From the NCBI GenBank assembly GCA_054661495.1, contig BAAFSQ010000417.1:1-7079 (forward strand): a DNA stretch of 7,079 nucleotides, in the 5' to 3' direction. Each line of letters begins with the position of its first letter. The first letter of the stretch is position 1. Of this stretch, positions 1 through 7,079 are shown one piece after another. This stretch comes from Zygophlyctis sp. KS116. Lineage: Eukaryota > Fungi > Chytridiomycota. A program made the translations under genes and the position numbers. The notes below the pieces were generated by a model, which had not been told where the DNA came from, did no database searches, and worked only from the letters and a program-made list of their open reading frames with translations.

Positions 1-343
1 ATTAAATCACTGCTTCTGATAAATATATTTATTGATCTCAATTATTGTTAATTTTATTGAAGATAAAAGATTTTAAACGTGATTTCCTCAAAATACCTTC
101 CCATAATCATTTACAAAAAGTTAAAATATTTTGGAATAATTCATTAGATCTATATATGGATGGATGTTTGTAATCATATCTATAAAACTCTACACGTTAT
201 TCGTGATTTAGTATTTTTTTTTGTAAAAATCTCATCTCCGGACATGACATGGTTCTGAATACATCAGAATTATCTACCGAATCACATATCTATGTCAAGA
301 AACCCCTCTCTCATTTATCAAAATTAAAATTCAAGTGTCTGTT

Positions 344-365
344 CGTTTAATCTTTAGATTAAATG
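344..365. repeat. Left-terminal hairpin containing the 5' asymmetric terminal inverted repeat
   Basis: CGTTTAATCT-TT-AGATTAAATG: perfect 8-bp stem 346-353/356-363, extendable by a G-T and a C-G pair. Confidence 0.8.
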
Positions 366-502
366 TAATTTTTTGGACATGCAAAATTTTCGTTAAAAAA
401 TATAGGGACGCAATGGGTTTAACTTTCGGACAATTCTCGGACAGATCTGCCTATTCCTAACACATCACCTTGTTTTAATTACAAAGGATTAATTATAATA
501 CG

Positions 503-747
503 GTGGAAGGTCATTAAGCAACAAAAAATAATTTTAGTAAAAGTCTATTTGCTTATATAATCAATCACTCAGACATTTGAAATTTTCAATTTTGGCAGAA
601 ATTTTCAATTTTGGCAGAAATTTTCAATTTTGGCATAAAATTGAGTGGAAGTTCATTAAGCAACAAAAAATAATTTTAGTAAAAGTCTATTTGCTTATAT
701 ATCAATCACTAAGACATTTGAAATTTTTAATTTTGGCAGAAAATTGA
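503..747. repeat. Tandem duplication: 503-644 (142 bp) and 645-747 (103 bp)
   Basis: Both copies read GTGGAAG(G/T)TCATTAAGCAACAAAAAATAATTTTAGTAAAAGTCTATTTGCTTATATA...AAAATTGA. The first copy has two extra 19-bp units and one extra A. Confidence 0.95.
579..635. repeat. 3 x 19-bp perfect tandem repeat GAAATTTTCAATTTTGGCA
   Basis: Identical units at 579-597, 598-616 and 617-635; a single variant copy at 720-738 lies inside the small CDS. Confidence 0.95.
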
Positions 748-1202
748 GGGCTTTCACCCCATACTTTGCAACCAGAAGGACTTTTAATAGAGTAGAGCGA
801 TCCCGGTTGCAAAGCAAACGATTTAGCAGAAGTATTCCAAATTGTAGCAGTAAAAGTAACCTTTCCTAATTTTCCATCAGGTAGTTTTTTAAGAGTACTC
901 AGCAATTCTTTGAAATCCTCACCAGCCGCACATATAGGTGCCAATTTTATTCTTGCAATCGGTTTACCTTGGACTTCATCAAAATCAGCCCATAACAGTA
1001 GACCTTGAATAGTTATATAATCAAACGATTTGTCTAATTTTAAGTGATCTATAAACTCCTCAACTTCTCCAATTACAGCTGCATCTGCTTCTATAGATGA
1101 TATAATTTCTTTGATATTTTTTAAATAGCCGCTTTTCTTTGCTTTTTGTTTCTTAGATTTTTCCAATTTTCCATTCGAATTAATGCATTCTGCTGGTGCC
1201 AT
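702..1202 (-). CDS. Hypothetical 166-aa protein with Lys-rich N-terminus; possible OB-fold ssDNA-binding (RPA/SSB-like) accessory protein
   Basis: Intact ATG-to-TGA ORF of 501 nt in AT-rich DNA, not overlapping another gene. KSKKQKAKK is NLS-like. The strand-like pattern ITIQGLLL / ARIKLA / FTATIWN / LQPGSLYSIK / KVWGESPQFS resembles OB-fold beta1-beta5. The fold call is inference. Confidence 0.65.
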   Translation of the reverse strand: MAPAECINSNGKLEKSKKQKAKKSGYLKNIKEIISSIEADAAVIGEVEEFIDHLKLDKSFDYITIQGLLLWADFDEVQGKPIARIKLAPICAAGEDFKELLSTLKKLPDGKLGKVTFTATIWNTSAKSFALQPGSLYSIKSPSGCKVWGESPQFSAKIKNFKCLSD

Positions 1203-1420
1203 TTTTTTAGATTAGGTTACGCCACGTTTTGAATATAAATGCATAAAACAACCATTTCAAATGATATATACCTACGAAATCTCGACAAACAGCTTTCTTT
1301 AAGTCAAGAAGGGCAAAAAAAAGGTAGTTTTGCAGTAAATCTTAACAGATAGCACTGTATAAGCTTGATTTATTGAATACTAAGTCAAAAAATAATTTAG
1401 ATAAATATTCTTTAAGCATC
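1203..1420. promoter_or_regulatory. Putative bidirectional promoter / 5' UTR region between the divergent genes
   Basis: 218 bp between head-to-head ATGs; contains GCCACGT (1221-1227) and TATAAA (1234-1239). Mostly positional inference. Confidence 0.35.
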
Positions 1421-4400
1421 ATGAGTCTAAAAAGACCAAATATTGATGACGGTTCATTACCATTAGCCAAACGTAAAGCTAAATTGAAACCTACTGGGTT
1501 TTCCTATAAAGATATTTCCGAAGAAGACTGCGAAGATGATGATTATAAGGATTCGGATGATCTCAATCATAAGGACCAATTCTTGGAAATTTATCCTCTG
1601 CACGAAACAAACAAAAAAGATCTAGAAAGAATTAAGCAGCAAATTTCAAAAGGATTGGAAGCAGAAAATTTTCCATTAGTCATTTGTGCAGTGTGTGATG
1701 AAAATGTTAATACTGTTTATCAGTTTTCTCTGTCAAATATTCCATATGATTTGCTTGCGAAAATGAAAATACACCTTGTCTTTCCAGCTAATATTTGCAC
1801 TTCTCTCCTTAAATATTATGACGCCTCTAATGTATGCAAAATATTATCCGGTATCCCACTACAAATCAGGGGACTATCTAATAATGAATTGGCCATATGT
1901 AGTGAATGTTATACTCAGTTATATAAAAAGGTACCTAATTAAATGGTTAATTTTAGGGCCGTATGCCAAAAGCTGCAATTGCAAATGGATTTTTCATAGG
2001 TGAAGCTCCTCATTCCTTACTTGGTTTGTCGCGCACTGAGCTAGCAATGATAAATTTATCTATCCCTCAAGTATATCTTTCTGTTGTTCGTGGCGGCAAA
2101 AATATGGTTCTAAGATCTCATGCTTACTTTTTCAAATCTGAACCAGGTCCTGTAGCTTCTATGCTTCCTCAAAACGTTATTAAATTAGGATCTATAAAAG
2201 TGTCTATTATAGGAGCTTTGACCTCCCCTCAAAAGGCGAAAATTGCCCGTCAATTTGCAGCTAGACCCAACAATGTACGTGATGCTTTGAACTGGCTTAA
2301 ACATTATAACCATTTTTATTCAAAAACTACCTTAGCTATGGATGAGGAAATTGACCATCTTTGTCTATTAATGAATAAGCATACTTTGGAGTATAGTAGT
2401 GAAAACATCTCCGATTTCGATGACGCTATGAACAGACATTCTCAGTCAAATATTAATATTTATCATACACAAACACCGGATGAAATAGAAGAAGATACTA
2501 TACTGGAAAGATGTAACATCATTTCTAATCTGGATAATAATTATTCTGCAAAACATATCCAAATCACACGATCTACAACTTTTCTGTCCGATTATGATCC
2601 AGAATTTTGGAGTCTTAGCTTTGCGGAGCTATTTCCATATGGCCGTGGAGGTATGAATGAAAAAAGACAAATTCCTATATCAGAATCTTTTTTTATTAAA
2701 AAATTACTTCGTATCTCGTCTGGAGCATTCCGTCAACACTTCTCATTTGGTTTGGTGGCATTTGATGTTTTATCGAGGCATAAAGGTGCGAGAACCATCT
2801 ATTACAAAATTAAATCAGATCCTCAAATATCTCTAAGAGCCATAAAAGTAACCAGAGAAGAGCTTTCGGCACATTTGCTTTACGAAAAAGAAAAATTAGA
2901 AGCCTATGCAAAGCACAGGCCAATACCTGTTCCACCAGGCGATGGGAAAAATATTTTTGCTCTTAAAAAAGCGCTTTCATCGGGGCAATCAGCAATGTGG
3001 GGAACTGCAGATGAACGAAAACAGGCACAACGAAAAGCTATCGCCATGACTAAAGAATTTGGACAGCCATCTGTAATGTTTACTATTTGTCCAGAAAGTA
3101 GTTCATCCTATCGTATTGTAGAAATGTCTGAAGGAAGTGCGCGGAAGTTTAACCTGGACGTAAATGTAAAGGATTTTGGAATTAAACACTTGAAATCTCT
3201 TGATCTGCCTGATTAAAAGAAAAGGGATTCTATTGCATCAAATGATCCTGCATCTTGTGCCAGGTAATTAGTTCAGGAAAGAGTTGACATTTTAGATACT
3301 TTGACATCATTATTCAATTAATAATAAGCTCTGTTATCGGCTGGGATACAAAAAAAAACCAGCCAAATTCATTGCCAGGATTATTTGGATATCCGAAAGG
3401 TTATTTGGTATCTCCTGAATCGCAAAACTCTGGAAATCTTCACGCGCACATGTTGATTTGGATCCATGGTTTACCTGCCACAGCATCTCAATATAAATTG
3501 ATATCTGAAAGTGATGATAGATTAGTTCGATATACAAATAATCTTATATCTGTCAACTTGCCCCTCGAGTACGAAAATCGTTGCGTTCTGGTACATTTTC
3601 TTACAGAAAACTAATTTTTAGTGCTCAGTCCCACTGATAGCAAATGATCTGCCTCTGTCAGCATATCACAGAAGTAAACCTGGGCAATTTGAAAGTTCAA
3701 TAGCACAATGTCCCAATTGCGGCAAAAGTTACACATGTAGCGATTTCCACGAACTGGCATTGAATAACAGCATAGATGAAGAAATATTAGACTACATTTC
3801 ATGTTCTTCAATACCTCTATGTAATTTAAAAACTGAATATTTGGCTGGATTATTACTTAAATACCAAGTTCATCACTGGGGACATGTTGCTTCCTGTTTC
3901 AAAAAAGGAAAAAGAGTTTCAAATGGACGATGCTGTAGATTTATCTTTCCAAAAATATTAACTGATCAACGAACTAATGGCAATCAATATGTCAACCCCT
4001 ATAACAAACTAATTGTGTCAACTTTCAAGTGTAACCACGATATCAAGTTCTTATTCGGAGGAGGAAACTCGAATATTTCTTACTATTGTCTTAAGTATGC
4101 CACTAAAGCGCAAAAAGACGTCGAAGATCATATGAATTTTTATATGCAAGCTTTTGATAAAGCAGTCTCTAGAAATGAAGTCAAAGATGACAATGACACG
4201 GAAGATGTCATTAATATAGGTAGGAGGAGACTTTCTTCTATGTTAAAATCACTTACTTCAAAACAAGAAACTTCAGCTCCCTTGGCACAACTTCACTTAC
4301 TGAAAGACTCTCCTTTCTACTGGTCTCATAATTTTATCAATGTTTTTCCATCTACTTATATTAATCAACTATGGAAAACAGACGATGTAGAATTGACTTT

Positions 4401-6777
4401 GACTATAAGTGACAATGGATGTGCAAATTATAATTCCGTGCTGCTGGATTATATATACCGTCCGGAAAAACAGGAAAAACTGAATCTATTTTCCTTTCTA
4501 AAGAGTTATAAATCATATACGTTTACAAAAAACGGAATACTGTTCCTTCCTACACATCCATCTGCTAATAAATTATGCTTGGTTAAACAGAAAATTATAC
4601 CTATCTTGGTTTTTTTGGGGAAACAATTTGATGCAGCGAAAATGGATCTATATTCAAAAAAATTTATCCTGGTCATGTTTGTACCTTTTAGACATATAGA
4701 GTGTTTGGAACCTTGGCTTAAATCCGATTGGATATTTCCAAATGAACAAGCATCCTACCACTATCAGACATGTCTTGATTATCAAGAGTCTAGGCTAAGG
4801 AAAGATTACAAAGATGAAGAAGTCCTGCATTACAATGAACTAGCAATGGGTCAGGATTTTCCTGCTTCTTACGAGACTGATGATTCAAATAACTGTGAAA
4901 ACAGTGAAGATGATAATGATCCAGATAACGATCAAAATACGTTATATGTTGATTCTAGCTCACTGCCACGAGATGTTATACGTGCTGTCACAAGCTCACT
5001 TTATCTAGATCAACAATTTATTATTCCTCATTATAGTGGCTCCGCTGATTCAAAATCGATTCTAAGTCAAGTTCAATTCAAGAATACAATAGTACACTGC
5101 CCAACCATTGTCGAATACATTATGATGAACAAGGATAACCTAATGTATAATCCTTCTGCGGTTACAACATATAATAAATATCCAACTATATTGGCTTCAT
5201 CAAATCAATTTACGTTGAATAAGAGACAGCACCAAATATTTGTTAAATGTGCATTAGCGCTTCTCGCTTCCTGGGCGCAGGACGAACAAATACCAGCAGA
5301 TAAGTTGGATTTATTTAAGGTGTGTAGCTTTGATCAGCTGAATGCACATTTGATCGGACCGGCTGGCTACGGTAAATCGGAAGTCATAAAGGCTCTTGTT
5401 GATTTTGCAAAACAGTGGGAAAGGCCTGATGCAGTTGTGGTTACTGCCTATACTGGGTCTGCTGCACAAAATGCGGGGGGGAATACCATACATTCACTAT
5501 TTGGATGGAGTCCTATGAACATCCACTATAGGGCCACACCTACCCTCAAATCTAAATTCTCTCGACTTAAATTAGTAATTATCGACGAAATTAGTGCGGC
5601 TTCCCAAAGTCTTATTGGATATATGAACCTTATGCTCCAGGATATAAAACAAAAAAAAAATATATTCGGTGGGATACATTATTTATTGGTTGGAGATTGG
5701 CTGCAACTTCCTCCAACAGGAGGAAATACACTTTTTTCAACGCCCAATATATATAACTGTTCCAACAGCACTTTTTGTGCTAGAATGGCAGGAAAAACTG
5801 TATGGGATGCTATTAATTATGTAAGTGAAATCAGCTGCTCTAAATACTAGGTTGTTGAATTGGAGGAAAATATGAGGCATAGAGGATTTCCTATGTTTAT
5901 CGATCTATTAAAAAATTTTAGAAGAGGCAGATACAGCAAAAGTGACATAAAATACTTAAATGAAACATGCCCTGCTGAAAATCTGATCACATACTCAAAA
6001 GAATATTGTCCCTTCATTACAACTTCAAATATTACAAGATGGATTATGAATAAAGCTTGTGTGTATGATTATGCAATGCATAATAAGAGAATTATATATC
6101 AAATAGCAGCAGAGTACAAACAGAAACAGGTTCCTGCTTCATTTTTTACATTGCGAGATTATTCTACTGCCAGAGTATACATGATGCTTGAACTTGTCAT
6201 TGGAATGCCCATAAGTTGTACGAAAAATAATATCGGGGGTGGATTTGTGAATGGAACCCTCGGTATCATACACGGGATACAATGGTCACCAGAAACCGTC
6301 TTTGAAAATTTTATAACTGACACGGGTGTGCATATATACAGAGCTTCACGACTCCCAGAATATGTATTTATGAAGCCTTTTAAGCCAACTGGTCGTGAAT
6401 TCACTGACTTGCCTTCTGGAATAATACCCATTGATGCAACAAAAACTACCGTCAAATTCAATTTGTCACATCGAACCTTTAGGCATTCAATCAATCAAAT
6501 ACCTATCGCACCAGCCTTTTCTATTACCACTGATAAATCACAAGGTTTGACTTTCAAAAAGACGATTATAGACTGTCAAAAAACCGAGCTTCGTTCCCGA
6601 CCCCCTACACAAATTCTATATGTAGCTTTATCTCGTGTAACTGATCCGAACATGATGCGCTTTCTAGAAACCATTTCACTCGAATACCTGAATCAATTCA
6701 CGCCTTCAAAAGTACTACTAGAGGTGGACAAAATTCTTACCGAACGATCAAAGGCATCATCTGAATTCTTTGTGTAG
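1421..6777 (+). CDS. Rep-Hel transposase (HUH endonuclease + Pif1-like helicase), 5 exons: 1421-1930, 1957-3263, 3296-3590, 3622-5820, 5851-6777; ~1745 codons with one internal TAA (3214-3216), so possibly a pseudogene copy
   Basis: Splicing four GT-AG introns restores frame and conserved motifs across each junction: CSECYTQLYKK|GRMPKAAIANG; NDPASCAR|YFDII; NRCVL|CSVP; WDAINY|VVELEENMRH. The first in-frame ATG is at 1421 (MSLKRP...AKRKAK, NLS-like). The ORF-track TTG starts are artefacts of the introns. Confidence 0.9.
1685..2320 (+). other. N-terminal Cys pairs (CAVC 1685-1696, CSEC 1898-1909) followed by a DUF6570-like region (PKAAIANG..GEAP..L..L...E..MI ... VRDALNWLKHYNHFY)
   Basis: Recognised motif pattern typical of the N-terminal part of Helitron2/Helentron-type transposases; not verified by HMM. 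Confidence 0.6.
1931..1956 (+). other. Spliceosomal intron 1 (26 nt, phase 0)
   Basis: AAG|GTACCT...TTAAT.TTTAG|GGC; removal joins the 1373-1942 ORF to the 1963-3216 ORF in frame. Confidence 0.85.
3264..3295 (+). other. Spliceosomal intron 2 (32 nt, phase 2)
   Basis: CAG|GTAATT...TTGAC.ATTTTAG|A; removal yields DPASCARYFDII and joins to the frame carrying the HUH motif. Confidence 0.85.
3591..3621 (+). other. Spliceosomal intron 3 (31 nt, phase 0)
   Basis: CTG|GTACAT...ACTAAT.TTTTAG|TGC; removal creates CVLC and links to the frame of the 3760-5850 ORF. Confidence 0.85.
5356..6636 (+). other. Pif1-family (SF1B) 5'-3' DNA helicase domain
   Basis: Walker A GPAGYGKS (5356-5379); AYTGSAA..GGNTIHS; Walker B IIDEIS (DE 5584-5589); FGG..VGDWLQLPP; LEENMR; GFVNGTLG; PAFSITTDKSQG (6511-6546); YVALSR (6619-6636). 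Confidence 0.95.
5821..5850 (+). other. Spliceosomal intron 4 (30 nt, phase 0)
   Basis: Consensus GTAAGT donor, CTAAA branch-like site, CTAG acceptor; removal deletes the in-frame TAG and gives NY-VVELEENMRH (Pif1 motif IV). Confidence 0.9.
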
Positions 6778-6851
6778 GTCAAATGATATGTTTACTAATA
6801 AACAATTAAAATATAAAATGTAATGGTCATAACCATATATATTTTTACAAG

Positions 6852-6861
6852 AGATTAAACG
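6852..6861 (-). repeat. 3' subterminal asymmetric inverted repeat (AGATTAAACG)
   Basis: Exact reverse complement of 344-353; lies ~40 nt inside the right end, just before the 3' hairpin. Confidence 0.75.
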
Positions 6862-6871
6862 CTCTCCAGGA

Positions 6872-6886
6872 GGACGCTCTGCGGCC
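6872..6886 (+). other. 3' GC-rich hairpin (putative rolling-circle termination signal)
   Basis: GGACGC-TCT-GCGGCC: 6-bp stem with one A/G mismatch, inside an isolated GC-rich island in AT-rich sequence, 11 nt before CTGG. Confidence 0.6.
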
Positions 6887-7079
6887 GACTACCCTGTCTG
6901 GTTTATTTATATTTATTGATTGGAACTAATATTACCCAGTTTTAAAGCAAACCATGCTAAATGGATTTAAGTTCACAAAAATAATTTTTCTTATGGTTTA
7001 ACCTCTCTCTACTTTTAAAGTATTCTCTTTGGAGCCAAACTGCATAGTCAAATTAATTTTATTGGATCCTCTAATTTTT

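Larger units (their letters stand above)
3061..4107 (+). other. Rep (HUH, Y2) rolling-circle nuclease domain
   Basis: Motif I GQPSVMFTICP (3061-3093); DPASCARYF; GLFG; motif II ESQNSGNLHAHMLIW (HAH at 3441-3449); QVHHWGH...CFKK...CRFIFP (3865-3951); NPYN...CNHDIKF; motif III YYCLKYATK (4081-4107) with the YxxxY catalytic tyrosines. Confidence 0.9.
342..6901 (+). mobile_element. Helitron-superfamily rolling-circle DNA transposon (Helitron2/HLE2-like), apparently full length; boundaries uncertain by a few bp
   Basis: Encodes a fused HUH-Y2 Rep + Pif1 helicase. Left hairpin 344-365 contains CGTTTAATCT, whose exact reverse complement AGATTAAACG is at 6852-6861, upstream of a GC-rich hairpin (6872-6886) and CTGG|TTT (6898-6904). 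Confidence 0.85.

Noticed and set aside
253-269. Small inverted repeat TTCTGA-ATACA-TCAGAA in the left flank
   Set aside because: A 6-bp AT-rich stem is expected by chance and has no counterpart at the right end.
579-635. CRISPR-like array
   Set aside because: The units are directly adjacent with no unique spacers, the context is eukaryotic and no cas genes are present.
1776-2003. 75-aa + strand ORF
   Set aside because: Out-of-frame overlap with transposase exons 1-2, with no recognisable motifs.
3214-3216. Alternative genetic code (TAA/TAG = Gln) explaining the internal stop; the small ORF ends in TGA and the terminal TAG is followed shortly by TGA
   Set aside because: The long exons contain many Gln codons, all CAA/CAG. 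An AT-rich TAR=Gln organism would show many in-frame TAR codons, not one.
3334-3811. Minus-strand ORFs 3334-3537 and 3611-3811
   Set aside because: Short ORFs antisense to the conserved Rep core.
5311-6494. Minus-strand ORFs 5311-5493 and 6159-6494
   Set aside because: Antisense shadows of the helicase coding sequence.
1373-6777. Prokaryotic operon or phage module of five separate genes, or a frameshifted pseudogene
   Set aside because: The breaks coincide with GT-AG introns whose removal restores frame and conserved motifs, and several ORF-track starts are arbitrary TTG codons.
5356-6777. Host PIF1/RRM3 gene
   Set aside because: The helicase is fused in the same exon to an HUH-Y2 Rep domain and lies within transposon-like termini.
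6797-6802. AATAAA polyadenylation signal after the transposase stop
   Set aside because: The position is plausible but the motif is indistinguishable from chance in very AT-rich sequence.

Overview
The window holds an apparently complete ~6.55 kb eukaryotic rolling-circle transposon of the Helitron superfamily, most like the non-canonical Helitron2/HLE2 group, with short AT-rich flanks. The five separate + strand ORFs are one gene. Four very short GT-AG introns (1931-1956, 3264-3295, 3591-3621, 5821-5850; 26-32 nt) join them into a ~1745-codon Rep-Hel transposase. It carries an N-terminal NLS-like stretch and Cys pairs, a DUF6570-like region, an HUH/Y2 Rep nuclease and a Pif1-family SF1B helicase. 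One in-frame TAA at 3214-3216 interrupts it. A divergently transcribed, intact 166-aa ORF (702-1202, -) looks like a possible OB-fold ssDNA-binding accessory protein, and its 3' end has been tandemly duplicated with an internal 3x19-bp expansion. The termini are readable by eye. A 10-bp asymmetric inverted repeat pairs 344-353 with 6852-6861, and its left copy lies inside a hairpin. A GC-rich 3' hairpin (6872-6886) is followed 11 nt later by CTGG|T. All family and domain calls come from manual motif recognition, not database searches.
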